A DNA stretch of 62,680 bases, filler included. It is 4 parts of 4 records of this genome, joined end to end, with 100 filler letters (N's around TTAATTAATTAA, not from the genome) between each part and the next. Parts side by side here need not be neighbours in the genome. Positions count along the whole stretch, not along the records: positions 1 to 30,010 come from SRR20825006_719; 3 more parts are not named here. One strand, 5' to 3'. The notes below the pieces were generated by a model that saw only the letters and a program-made list of their open reading frames with translations, was not told the origin of the DNA and did not search any database. Made by a program: the position numbers and the translations under genes. Below, in pieces: positions 8,784 to 19,178 of the stretch (within the stretch, counting starts at the first letter, position 1; every line of letters starts with the position of its first letter).

Positions 8784-10901
8784 ATGAATGCCAATTTTTT
8801 ACAAACTCCAATAGATTATCTTAAAGGCGTCGGTCCAAACAGGGCGGATTTGCTGAAAAAAGAACTCGGCATTCACACGTTTCAAGATTTGTTGAATCTT
8901 TTTCCGAACAGATATTTGGATCGCACCAAATATTATAAAATTGCACAATTGCAACAAACCAATGCAGAAGTGCAACTTATTGGTAAAATAACCCACATTA
9001 AAACCGTGGAACAAAAACGCGGAAAACGATTGGTTGCCACTTTTATTGATGAAACGGGAACGATGGAATTAGTTTGGTTTCGCGGGCAAAAATGGATTCG
9101 GGAAAATTTAAAACTCAACCTTCCCTATGTAATTTTTGGAAAAACAAATTATTTCAACGGAAGTTATTCTATGCCACATCCTGAAATGGAAGTACTAGAT
9201 GCGCATGAAAAAAGTATTCGTTCTGCAATGCAACCCGTTTATCCTTCCACCGAAAAATTAGGAAATAGCGGTATTACAAATCGGGTGATAAATGGACTGA
9301 TGCAACAACTGTTTATAGAAACCAAAAATGGCTTCTCAGAAACCCTTTCAAAGCCACTTTTAGAACAGCTAAAATTGGTCTCAAAAAAGGAGGCCCTTTT
9401 CAATATCCATTTTCCGAAAAGTCAAGCGCATTTGGCACGTGCACAATACCGATTAAAATTTGAAGAATTATTTTACATTCAACTGCAATTAATTCAGAAA
9501 AACCGCATTCATAAATCGAAAATCAAAGGCTATCCTTTTGATAAAATTGGAACTAATTTCAACACCTTTTTTTCAGAACATTTACCCTTTGAATTAACCG
9601 AAGCTCAGAAACGAGTTATTAAAGAAATTCGAAACGATTTAGGAAGCAATGCCCAAATGAATCGACTGCTGCAAGGCGATGTAGGTTCTGGAAAAACAAT
9701 TGTAGCGTTAATGTCTATGTTAATCGCACTTGACAATGGTTTTCAAGCTTGCTTGATGGCGCCAACTGAAATTTTGTCAGTTCAACACTACAATAGCTTA
9801 ATAGAAATGTGTAAAAAACTGAATCCCAGTATAGCATTACTAACTGGTTCAACCAAAACTTCAAAAAGAAGAGAGATTCATGAAAAATTAGAAAATGGTG
9901 AATTAGATATTTTAATTGGCACACACGCTCTTCTTGAAGATAAGGTGAAATTTAAAAATTTGGGGCTTGCAATTGTAGATGAACAACACCGTTTTGGAGT
10001 GGAACAGCGCAGTAAATTATGGCATAAAAACACCTACCCGCCACACGTACTTGTTATGACTGCCACCCCCATTCCCCGCACACTCGCTATGAGTATATAT
10101 GGCGACCTCGATATTAGTGTTATAGACGAGCTTCCGCCAGGGCGAAAAGACATTAAAACCGTGCACCGTTTTGACGCCAATAGACTGAAGGTTTTTCGAT
10201 TTATAAAAGACGAAATTTCGAAGGGCAGACAAATCTATATTGTGTACCCTTTAATACAGGAAAGTGAGACCATGGATTACAAGGATTTGATGGATGGTTA
10301 TGAAAGTATTGTACGTGAATTTCCACCAGACGGGTCAGGACCAACTTATCAAGTTTCAATTGTTCATGGGCAGATGAAACCAGCCGATAAGGAATATGAA
10401 ATGAACCGTTTTATAAAAGGAGAAACACAAATTATGGTTGCCACAACGGTTATTGAAGTTGGCGTAAACGTACCCAATGCCAGTGTAATGATTATTGAAA
10501 GCGCTGAACGCTTCGGACTTTCACAATTGCATCAATTACGTGGACGTGTAGGGCGTGGAGCAGAACAAAGTTATTGTATTTTAATGACGAGCCATAAACT
10601 TTCTGCAGATGCAAAAACTCGATTAGAAACCATGGTGCGCACCAGCGATGGTTTTGAAATTGCTGAAGTTGACTTAAAGCTTCGTGGTCCAGGCGATATG
10701 ATGGGGACGCAACAAAGTGGCGTTTTAAATCTTCGCATTGCAGATATTATAAAAGATTCTGAAATACTAAAAATTGCCCGAAGCTATGCAATGCAAACGC
10801 TAAAAGCTGATCCAAATCTAGCTTCAGAAGAAAACAGAGCTATCAAGAATACCTACGCTCAACTGGTGAAATACAGAAATATTTGGAATTATATTTCATA
10901 A
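8784..10901 (+). CDS. recG: ATP-dependent DNA helicase RecG
   Basis: LKGVGP, GDVGSGKT, DEQH, TATPIPRT, HQLRGRVGRG; start moved to ATG 8784. Confidence 0.97.
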   Translation: MNANFLQTPIDYLKGVGPNRADLLKKELGIHTFQDLLNLFPNRYLDRTKYYKIAQLQQTNAEVQLIGKITHIKTVEQKRGKRLVATFIDETGTMELVWFRGQKWIRENLKLNLPYVIFGKTNYFNGSYSMPHPEMEVLDAHEKSIRSAMQPVYPSTEKLGNSGITNRVINGLMQQLFIETKNGFSETLSKPLLEQLKLVSKKEALFNIHFPKSQAHLARAQYRLKFEELFYIQLQLIQKNRIHKSKIKGYPFDKIGTNFNTFFSEHLPFELTEAQKRVIKEIRNDLGSNAQMNRLLQGDVGSGKTIVALMSMLIALDNGFQACLMAPTEILSVQHYNSLIEMCKKLNPSIALLTGSTKTSKRREIHEKLENGELDILIGTHALLEDKVKFKNLGLAIVDEQHRFGVEQRSKLWHKNTYPPHVLVMTATPIPRTLAMSIYGDLDISVIDELPPGRKDIKTVHRFDANRLKVFRFIKDEISKGRQIYIVYPLIQESETMDYKDLMDGYESIVREFPPDGSGPTYQVSIVHGQMKPADKEYEMNRFIKGETQIMVATTVIEVGVNVPNASVMIIESAERFGLSQLHQLRGRVGRGAEQSYCILMTSHKLSADAKTRLETMVRTSDGFEIAEVDLKLRGPGDMMGTQQSGVLNLRIADIIKDSEILKIARSYAMQTLKADPNLASEENRAIKNTYAQLVKYRNIWNYIS

Positions 10902-11022
10902 ATATTGGTTCACGAACCGAATGATTTAAATGAAAGAATTAGACGCTTCGCAGACATTTATTGTTGCATTTTTACGTTATCACAAATAAATAATATATAT
11001 TTAATTCTTAAACGTATTCATC

Positions 11023-11856
11023 ATGAAAAAAACACTACTTTATTTTCTTTTTATTATTGGTTCTGTTGGAACTGTAAACTCACAAACGGTCGTTACCTTT
11101 TATACAACGCTGGGCGATTTTGAAGTGGAATTGTATGATGAATTATCACCAATTACTGCTGGTAATTTTTTAAGTTTAGTGGAACAAGAATTTTATGATG
11201 GTATTATTTTTCATCGTGTAATTTCAAATTTTGTAGTACAAGGAGGAGACCCAACTGGAACCGGAAGCGGTGGTCCTGGATATACTATTCAAGATGAATT
11301 TATTCCTGGTTTATCAAATGTAGAAAGAACACTTTCAATGGCAAATACTGGGCAACCAAATTCTGGTGGAAGTCAATTTTTCATCAACCTTAAAGACAAT
11401 ACTTTTTTAGATTTTGATAAGCCTCCGCTAACATCTGCACACCCTGTATTTGGCAAAGTAATTACAGGTTGGGAGGTTGTTGAGTTAATTGAAAATGTAC
11501 CAGTTGATGGGAACGACAGACCTATAACTCCTGTTGTAATGAATATGATTCGTGTTACAAAACCCCTAGGAACCAATGATTTTAACTCAAATGATTCTTC
11601 ATTTGCTATTTATCCAAACCCAATAACAAAGCAAAGTATTATAGAACTAAATAGTAATACAACTGCAATGACGTCGTTTTCTATATTGAATATAAATGGT
11701 GCGGTTCTCGCTAGCCAAAATATTCAAATAAATCAAGGGCTAAATAAAATTAATTTAGCAGCATTTGAAATTGAAAAACTTCCAGTTGGAATGTATTTTA
11801 TGTCTATAAACAATAACAATATGGTTACTCAGAAACGCTTTTTAGTTTCTGAATAA
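11023..11856 (+). CDS. cyclophilin-type peptidyl-prolyl isomerase with T9SS C-terminal sorting domain
   Basis: Signal peptide; FHRVISNFVVQGGDPTGTGSGG, SMAN, GSQFFI; CTD IYPNP...G.YF...KRFLV. Confidence 0.9.
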   Translation: MKKTLLYFLFIIGSVGTVNSQTVVTFYTTLGDFEVELYDELSPITAGNFLSLVEQEFYDGIIFHRVISNFVVQGGDPTGTGSGGPGYTIQDEFIPGLSNVERTLSMANTGQPNSGGSQFFINLKDNTFLDFDKPPLTSAHPVFGKVITGWEVVELIENVPVDGNDRPITPVVMNMIRVTKPLGTNDFNSNDSSFAIYPNPITKQSIIELNSNTTAMTSFSILNINGAVLASQNIQINQGLNKINLAAFEIEKLPVGMYFMSINNNNMVTQKRFLVSE

Positions 11857-11891
11857 TTAGGTTTCTCTTCCTAACAAATTTAAAAACTCAA

Positions 11892-11940
11892 AAAAACACT
11901 GTAATTTCTTTTTGATCTACAAAAAAATTACAGTGTTTTT
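11892..11940 (+). terminator. long hairpin, probable intrinsic terminator
   Basis: AAAAACACTGTAATTT...AAATTACAGTGTTTTT inverted repeat. Confidence 0.7.
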
Positions 11941-12066
11941 ATAAAATACGCCACGCCAACTAACATTGAATCAAGCATAAACACACAGAATTCTTTCACA
12001 ACAAGTTTTTATTATGACTTGAATGAAAGTATCTGAAAATGCAATACTTTTACAAAAAAATTACAG

Positions 12067-13230
12067 ATGAAATCATTCACATTCTTTACTTTCACCTTGT
12101 GTCTTTTAACTTTTTCAACTTCAAATGCACAGGTTTTTAACACTTATTACGATGAAATAGTTCAAGATGTTTCTACAGCAAATCTTTTAAACGATTTAAC
12201 TACATTGGTAGGTTTTGGGGTAAAAGAACCAGGAACTAATGCTATTGAAAACGCAAAAGATTGGATTGTAGACAGATACCAAACCTTAGGATATACAGAC
12301 ATAGAAACCCAAGATTTTAGTGTTTCTGGAGAAATAACTTCAAATATTATTATCACCAAAACAGGAAGTGTTTACCCTAATACTTTTTTAATAATTGATG
12401 GTCATTATGACACATTGAATGGCCCTGGCGCCAATGATAATGGCAGCGGAACTGTACTTATACTTGAACTTGCACGATTATTAAAAGACGTAGAAACAGA
12501 GTACTCGATCAAGTTTATTCATTTCAGTGGAGAAGAGCAAGGCTTAATTGGAAGTAAATTTTATGTAAACAACACCGTAATTCCTGAAAATCTAGATATT
12601 AAATTGGTTTTCAATATTGATGAAGTGGGCGGGGTTGCAGGTATGGAAAACGACACCATTGTATGTGAGCGAGATGAAGACACGCCAAATTCAAACAATG
12701 CTGCTTCTGCGCAAGCAACTCAAGAAATGGCAAACTGTTTCGGCCTGTATTCAAATTTATTGACAGAGATTTCATATGCATACTCTTCAGATTATATGCC
12801 TTTTGAAGACAATGGCGAAGTAATTACAGGCCTGTATGAAAAAAACGAGTCGCCTTACACACATTCTCCTAACGATATTATTGATAATATGGACCCCGAT
12901 TATGTTTTTGAAGTAACAAAAGGGAGCATAGGCACCGCCCTTCATTTTGCAGTTGGCGTTGAACCACTAAGCATTTCTGAAAATAGTTTTGCTGAAAATA
13001 TTATTTGCTACCCAAACCCTTCAAAAGGAAAAATAACAATAAATGTAAACACTTCTTTTTCTAAAAACATTGAACTAACTGTTTTTGATATGTTAGGAAA
13101 CATAGTTTATAGCACTAAGTTAGACAGCAAAATCAATACGTTAGATTTAGCTTTTTTACAAAGCGGAATGTACCACGCTATATTTAAAAGTGACACAAAC
13201 TTAGCTTTCAAAAAAATTATTATTGACTGA
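12067..13230 (+). CDS. M28 family metallopeptidase with T9SS C-terminal sorting domain
   Basis: GHYDT, GANDNGSG, GEEQGLIGS, SDYMPF; CTD YPNPSKG...KKIIID. Confidence 0.92.
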   Translation: MKSFTFFTFTLCLLTFSTSNAQVFNTYYDEIVQDVSTANLLNDLTTLVGFGVKEPGTNAIENAKDWIVDRYQTLGYTDIETQDFSVSGEITSNIIITKTGSVYPNTFLIIDGHYDTLNGPGANDNGSGTVLILELARLLKDVETEYSIKFIHFSGEEQGLIGSKFYVNNTVIPENLDIKLVFNIDEVGGVAGMENDTIVCERDEDTPNSNNAASAQATQEMANCFGLYSNLLTEISYAYSSDYMPFEDNGEVITGLYEKNESPYTHSPNDIIDNMDPDYVFEVTKGSIGTALHFAVGVEPLSISENSFAENIICYPNPSKGKITINVNTSFSKNIELTVFDMLGNIVYSTKLDSKINTLDLAFLQSGMYHAIFKSDTNLAFKKIIID

Positions 13231-13329
13231 TAATCAGTAGCTAACTTTTTGTTGTTTTTTCTTATTATAATTAGCGTACTTCTCATTATTTTCCTTGCCA
13301 ATTAAATTACTTATCAGTATTTTTAGTTT

Positions 13330-15534
13330 ATGACAGAAGCCGCATTAGAAGAAGAAAAAAAAGAGCTCGCAAAGCAGTATAAGCAGTTGCTTAAAATTAG
13401 TTATCGAACACTTTCTACGGAAGACAAAAAACTAATTCGTAGCGCGTTCGATCTTGCTGTTGATGCACATAAAGAACAACGACGAAAAAGTGGCGAAGCC
13501 TACATATTTCACCCCATTGCTGTTGCAAAAATTGTAGCTTCAGAAATTGGTCTCGATGCAACTTCCATAGCCGCCGCGCTTTTACACGATGTTGTTGAAG
13601 ATACAAACTACACCTTAGAAGACATTGAAAAAATGTTCGGGTCTATGGTGTCGCGTATTGTGGACGGCCTTACAAAAATTGCACATATTTCCATGTCTGA
13701 AGATGTTTCCATGCAAGCGGAAAATTTTCGAAAAATGCTGCTTACCCTAAATGAAGACATTCGGGTAATAATCATAAAAATTGCGGATAGGTTGCACAAT
13801 ATGCAAACCATGGATTCCATGCCTCCGCATAAACAACGAAAAATCGCTTCAGAAACACTTTATATTTATGCTCCCCTTGCCCACCGCATTGGACTTTACA
13901 ACATAAAAACCGAACTGGAAGACTTAGGGTTAAAATTTACAGAACCTGAAGTATATGCCGAAATATTAAGTAGAATAAAGGAAAGCAAGGAAGAACAAGA
14001 TGCTTATATAGAAGCTTTTAATAAGGTGATAAAAGATTCTTTGGATGAAGAAGAATTGGAATATGAAATAAAAGGTAGACCAAAATCTATCTTTTCCATT
14101 CGAAGGAAAATGCTTGCGCAAAATGTTACTTTCGATGAAGTATACGATAAATTTGCAGTGCGAATAATTTATAAAGGGAAGCCTGAAAATGAAAAGTTCT
14201 TTGCTTGGAAAATATATTCAATCGTTACGGATCATTTTCGACCAAACCCAATTAGGCTACGCGATTGGATTTCTTCACCAAAATCTACAGGTTATGAAGC
14301 CTTGCACATTACCGTAATGGGGCCAAAAGGGCGTTGGGTAGAAGTGCAGATTCGTAGCGAACGAATGAATGAAATTGCTGAAAAAGGGTTTGCCGCTCAC
14401 TATAAATACAAAAACAAAGAGAAAGACGATGGCGGCCTCGAAAACTGGCTCGATAAACTTCAGGATACCCTAGAAAATTCTGAAATAAGCGCGGTTGATT
14501 TTGTAGAAGAATTCAAATTAAATCTATACGCAAAAGAGATTTTTGTTTTCACACCAAAAGGAGATTTGTATTCATTGCCCAAAAGTGCTACTGCTTTAGA
14601 TTTTGCCTTTCACATCCATACCGAAATTGGTATGCGAACTCGTGGAACAAAAGTAAACGGTAAGTTGGTACCGCTAAGCCATGAATTAAAAAGTGGTGAT
14701 CAAGTAGAAATTATAACTTCTGAAAACGCAAAACCCACTGCAAACTGGTTAAATTACGCTACAACAGGTCGAGCAAGATCTAAAATCAAATCTTCTTTAA
14801 AGGATGAAAAGAAAAAACTTGCAGAAGAAGGAAAAGTAGTTTTAGCCAGAAAATTAAAATCCTTAAAGCTAAGTCTAGACGAAAACACATTAAACCAATT
14901 AGTCGTGTTTTTCAAAGTAAAAACAAGCCTTGATTTATACTACCGCGTTGGTGCAGGAATAATTGATAATCAAAAACTAAAAGATTTCGCGGCTTCACGA
15001 AGCAATGCTTTTATAAGTTTCTTTAAAAATAGAATTCGAAAGCCTGAAAAGCCAGAAGATGTAAATAAAGAAGAAATAACAGAAAAATTTGACCAGCTTG
15101 TTTTCGGTAAAAATGAAGAAAAATTAGATTATAAAATGGCTAATTGTTGCAATCCAATCCCTGGTGATGATGTTTTTGGGTTTGTAACCGTAAATGAAGG
15201 TATTAAAGTTCATAAAACAAATTGCCCAAACGCCTTACAGCTTCAAAGCAATTATAGTTACCGAATTATGCCTGCAAAATGGATAGATTCCACACAACGG
15301 GAGTTTAAAGCAAACCTTACAATTAGTGGAATTGACACAATTGGATTGGTTAATGAAGTAACACGAATAATTTCAAACAACCTTCATATAGACATGAAGA
15401 GTGTTCATTTTGATAGTGATGATGGTGTTTTCACTGGAAAAATCATTGTGATTGTAAAAAATAAAACCATCTTAAATAATTTGGTTGAGAACATCAAAAA
15501 AATAAACGGAATTGATAAAGTAACTAGAGTGTAA
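13330..15534 (+). CDS. relA: bifunctional (p)ppGpp synthetase/hydrolase RelA/SpoT
   Basis: HDVVED hydrolase motif, ADRLHNM, EVQIRS synthetase region, TGS and ACT domains. Confidence 0.96.
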   Translation: MTEAALEEEKKELAKQYKQLLKISYRTLSTEDKKLIRSAFDLAVDAHKEQRRKSGEAYIFHPIAVAKIVASEIGLDATSIAAALLHDVVEDTNYTLEDIEKMFGSMVSRIVDGLTKIAHISMSEDVSMQAENFRKMLLTLNEDIRVIIIKIADRLHNMQTMDSMPPHKQRKIASETLYIYAPLAHRIGLYNIKTELEDLGLKFTEPEVYAEILSRIKESKEEQDAYIEAFNKVIKDSLDEEELEYEIKGRPKSIFSIRRKMLAQNVTFDEVYDKFAVRIIYKGKPENEKFFAWKIYSIVTDHFRPNPIRLRDWISSPKSTGYEALHITVMGPKGRWVEVQIRSERMNEIAEKGFAAHYKYKNKEKDDGGLENWLDKLQDTLENSEISAVDFVEEFKLNLYAKEIFVFTPKGDLYSLPKSATALDFAFHIHTEIGMRTRGTKVNGKLVPLSHELKSGDQVEIITSENAKPTANWLNYATTGRARSKIKSSLKDEKKKLAEEGKVVLARKLKSLKLSLDENTLNQLVVFFKVKTSLDLYYRVGAGIIDNQKLKDFAASRSNAFISFFKNRIRKPEKPEDVNKEEITEKFDQLVFGKNEEKLDYKMANCCNPIPGDDVFGFVTVNEGIKVHKTNCPNALQLQSNYSYRIMPAKWIDSTQREFKANLTISGIDTIGLVNEVTRIISNNLHIDMKSVHFDSDDGVFTGKIIVIVKNKTILNNLVENIKKINGIDKVTRV

Positions 15535-15542
15535 ATTTTAAG

Positions 15543-15550
15543 TAACTTTG
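15543..15550 (+). promoter_or_regulatory. Bacteroidota -7 promoter element (TAnnTTTG) upstream of fur-purA
   Basis: TAACTTTG 11 bp before the ATG. Confidence 0.6.
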
Positions 15551-15561
15551 CAAACTTAATT

Positions 15562-16035
15562 ATGAGTTCAAAAACAGATATAAATAACCAAGCAATTGTA
15601 AAGAATGTTTTTACAGGTTTTCTTGAAGAAAAAGGACACCGTAAAACGCCGGAACGCTATGCGATTCTTCAAGAAATTTATGACCACGACGACCATTTTG
15701 ATATAGAATCGTTGTACATAAATATGAAGAATAAAAATTATCGCGTAAGTCGTGCCACACTTTACAATACCATTGAATTGCTTTTGGAATGTGGGTTGGT
15801 GCGCAAACACCAGTTTGGGCAAAACCAATCGCATTACGAAAAATCATATTTTGATCGCAACCACGATCACGTAATTCTTTCAAACGGAGAAGTGATTGAA
15901 TTCTGCGATCCAAGAATACAAAGCATTAAAAAAACCATAGAAGAGGTTTTTGATATTGAAATAACCAACCATTCACTTTATTTCTACGGAAATAAAAAAT
16001 CTACCGCTACTATTGAAGCGGACAATTCTAAATAA
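15562..16035 (+). CDS. fur: Fur family transcriptional regulator
   Basis: RKTPER...[17 protein letters not shown]...IEFCD. Confidence 0.92.
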   Translation: MSSKTDINNQAIVKNVFTGFLEEKGHRKTPERYAILQEIYDHDDHFDIESLYINMKNKNYRVSRATLYNTIELLLECGLVRKHQFGQNQSHYEKSYFDRNHDHVILSNGEVIEFCDPRIQSIKKTIEEVFDIEITNHSLYFYGNKKSTATIEADNSK

Positions 16036-16038
16036 ATT

Positions 16039-17310
16039 ATGGCAGTAGACTTACTACTTGGACTACAATGGGGCGACGAAGGCAAAGGTAAAATTGTTGA
16101 TGTGCTCACAAAAAACTATAATATAATTGCACGTTTTCAAGGTGGGCCAAACGCTGGTCATACGTTGGAATTTGACGGAATAAAGCATGTTTTGCGCACA
16201 ATTCCTTCAGGGATATTCCACAAAGATTCCGTAAATGTAATCGGAAACGGTGTTGTAATTGACCCTGTGGTTTTTGTAAAAGAATTAGAAGCTTTAGATA
16301 AATACAATATCGATTATAAAAAGAATCTAATTCTTTCTAGAAAAGCACACGTAATTTTACCAACACATCGTTTACTTGATGCAGCTTCAGAAGCATCAAA
16401 AGGGAAAGCTAAAATTGGCTCAACTTTAAAAGGAATTGGACCAACGTACATGGATAAAACCGGTAGAAACGGAATACGTGTTGGTGATTTGGAGCTAGAA
16501 AACTGGCAGGAAAAATACAGAGCTTTGGCAGATAAGCATGAAGCAATGATAGATTTCTATAATGTAGATGTTCAGTATGATTTAGCAGACCTTGAAGCTG
16601 AATTTTTCGCTGCTGTTGAAACACTTAAAACGCTAACTTTTATAGATAGTGAAGAATATTTACACCAAGCTCAAAAAGAAGGAAAAACCATTTTGGCGGA
16701 AGGCGCACAAGGCTCTTTACTTGATATTGATTTTGGAACCTACCCTTTTGTAACCTCTTCAAACACAACAGCAGCAGGTGCTTGTACAGGTTTGGGTGTA
16801 CCTCCAAACAAGGTAAAGGATGTTTTCGGAATTTTTAAAGCATACACTACCCGAGTGGGTAGCGGCCCCTTCCCTACTGAACTTTTTGATGAAGTAGGAG
16901 AAAAAATGGCAAAAATTGGTAATGAATTTGGCGCAGTAACTGGTCGTGCAAGACGTTGCGGTTGGTTAGATTTAGTTGCTTTACGTTATGCCGTTCAAGT
17001 AAATGGAGTAACACAATTAATAATGATGAAAGCCGATGTTTTAAGTGGCTTTGAAACATTAAAAATTTGTACCGCATACAATTATAAAGGAGAAACTATT
17101 CACCATTTGCCTTATAATATTGAAGCTGAAAATGTAACACCAATCTTCACAGAAATGAAAGGTTGGAAAGCAGACCTAACTAAAATGGATGCGGCTTCAC
17201 AATTGCCACAAGCTTTAAATGATTATATCGACTACCTTGAAAAAGAACTGGAAGTGCCTATCAAAATTGTTTCGGTTGGGCCGGATAGAAAACAGACTAT
17301 TCACAGGTAA
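16039..17310 (+). CDS. purA: adenylosuccinate synthetase
   Basis: QWGDEGKGK, GGPNAGHT, EGAQG, TTRVGSGPFPTE. Confidence 0.98.
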   Translation: MAVDLLLGLQWGDEGKGKIVDVLTKNYNIIARFQGGPNAGHTLEFDGIKHVLRTIPSGIFHKDSVNVIGNGVVIDPVVFVKELEALDKYNIDYKKNLILSRKAHVILPTHRLLDAASEASKGKAKIGSTLKGIGPTYMDKTGRNGIRVGDLELENWQEKYRALADKHEAMIDFYNVDVQYDLADLEAEFFAAVETLKTLTFIDSEEYLHQAQKEGKTILAEGAQGSLLDIDFGTYPFVTSSNTTAAGACTGLGVPPNKVKDVFGIFKAYTTRVGSGPFPTELFDEVGEKMAKIGNEFGAVTGRARRCGWLDLVALRYAVQVNGVTQLIMMKADVLSGFETLKICTAYNYKGETIHHLPYNIEAENVTPIFTEMKGWKADLTKMDAASQLPQALNDYIDYLEKELEVPIKIVSVGPDRKQTIHR

Positions 17311-17339
17311 CCAATTTTTTGCTGATATTTTCGTTCATA

Positions 17340-19112
17340 ATGACAAATAAATTTTTTTTGAAAATATCACAATTCATAGTTGTTATTGCTTTGCTTTTCT
17401 TCGGAAGTACACTTTTCTCACAGGAAAAACAAAAAGTAGATATCCAATCTGGATACCTTGAATTACGCCCTGAATTTCCTGATGCTGCCATCTACACAAA
17501 AGATGAAACTGGACAGGTTTATATTGTTCATGAAGGTGTGGAAATGTGGTGCGATCAAGCATTTGTTTATCTAAAAAACAATTTTGTAAAAGCCTATGGC
17601 TCGGTGCGTATTTCTCAAGGCGATACCATTTCTATGAGCAGTAAATACGGTGAATATAATGGGAATACGCAGTTTGCTTTTGCCAGTGGCGATGTTGTGC
17701 TTACCGAACCAAAAACTACTTTAAAAACAGACACACTTTATTTTGATAGAATAAAACAGCAGGCTTATTACAGAACTGGCGGAACAGTACGTGATACTGC
17801 TAGTGTTTTAACAAGTCGCTCTGGTAGGTATTTTGCTGAAAGTAAAAAGTATCAATTTCTTTCAAACGTAAAAATTATTAACCCAAAATACACCGTAAAC
17901 AGCAACCAACTTGATTTTTATTCCGAAACTGGTGCTGCCTATCTTTACGGTCCTTCCACGATTGTTAGTGAAACAAGCACGGTTTATTGTGAACGTGGGT
18001 ATTATGATACACGAGGTGATACGGGTTATTTTGTAAAAAACTCTAAAGTAGATTATGAAAACCGAACGCTTTATGGCGATAGTATTTATTTTAATCGAAA
18101 TAAAAGTTTTGCCTCCGCCACAAATAACATTCGGGTTTTAGACACGGTAAATAAAAGTGTAATCCGTGGTCATTATGCGGAAGTTTTCCGAGAAAAAGAT
18201 TCTGTTTTTATTACAAAAAGAGCCGTTGCTATTACAGTTCGTGATGGAGATTCCATATACGTTCACGCAGACACACTACAAGTAACGGGCAAGCCAGAAA
18301 ATAGAATTGTTAAAGGTTTTTACCGCGCCAGATTATTCAAACCTGGAAAAGAAGGAGACGAACCAACAAGTGGAAAATGCGACTCTATTTATTTAAATCA
18401 AAAAAAGGGAATCACAAAATTACTTCGGAATCCCGTATTATGGAGTGGCGAAAACCAAATGATTGGTGATACGATACATATTTTATCTGACACAATTACA
18501 GGTAAGCTTGATACGCTAAAGGTTTTTAATAATGCATTTTTAGTCCAAAAGGATACTTTGGGTTTCAATCAAGTGAAAGGGGAACGGCTTATTGGTCTTT
18601 TCACAAATAATGAATTAGATACTGTAAATATTGATCGAAATGCTCAGGTAATTTACTATTCGCGAAATGATAAAGGTGACTTGGTTGGTATAAACAATAC
18701 GGTTTCCAGCTCTATTCAAATGTATTTGGAAGAACAACAAATTTCAGGAATTCGATTTATTAAAAAAGCTACGGGAAAAGTATACCCACCTTCAATGCTA
18801 CCAGAAAACGCACGGATTCTTCCTGGTTTTCAATGGCGTGGGGAAGAAAGGCTTTATTCCGTAGAAGATTTATTTAAAGGAAAAATGGCACCTGTTCTAC
18901 CTAAAATAACGGGAATACCCTTGCCGAAAGATGAAGGTCAATTTTTCGAAGATGTTCCCGAAGCTGAAATTCAACTTCCAGAAGAATCTAAACTGAGCCC
19001 GAAAGATTTGCAAGAAAGACCAGACGACCCCAAGCCTGAAACACAAGAAAGTGAAGCAAAACGGGATTCTATTCAGCAAGTAAATTACACAACTCCAAAA
19101 GAAGATAAATAA
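17340..19112 (+). CDS. OstA/LptA-like beta-jellyroll envelope protein
   Basis: Signal peptide; repeated DTL/DSI-Y beta-strand pattern typical of Bacteroidota OstA-like proteins. Confidence 0.8.
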   Translation: MTNKFFLKISQFIVVIALLFFGSTLFSQEKQKVDIQSGYLELRPEFPDAAIYTKDETGQVYIVHEGVEMWCDQAFVYLKNNFVKAYGSVRISQGDTISMSSKYGEYNGNTQFAFASGDVVLTEPKTTLKTDTLYFDRIKQQAYYRTGGTVRDTASVLTSRSGRYFAESKKYQFLSNVKIINPKYTVNSNQLDFYSETGAAYLYGPSTIVSETSTVYCERGYYDTRGDTGYFVKNSKVDYENRTLYGDSIYFNRNKSFASATNNIRVLDTVNKSVIRGHYAEVFREKDSVFITKRAVAITVRDGDSIYVHADTLQVTGKPENRIVKGFYRARLFKPGKEGDEPTSGKCDSIYLNQKKGITKLLRNPVLWSGENQMIGDTIHILSDTITGKLDTLKVFNNAFLVQKDTLGFNQVKGERLIGLFTNNELDTVNIDRNAQVIYYSRNDKGDLVGINNTVSSSIQMYLEEQQISGIRFIKKATGKVYPPSMLPENARILPGFQWRGEERLYSVEDLFKGKMAPVLPKITGIPLPKDEGQFFEDVPEAEIQLPEESKLSPKDLQERPDDPKPETQESEAKRDSIQQVNYTTPKEDK

Positions 19113-19178
19113 TTTTGAGTGGCAATTAAAAACGTCATTTTTTATCAATTTACCCTGCACAAATGGTTACTTAATTAA

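Noticed and set aside
8694-8784. Apparent head-to-head overlap of the M1 peptidase and recG ORFs
   Set aside because: Artefact of longest-ORF starts; downstream ATGs give a signal peptide and a normal RecG N-terminus with no overlap.
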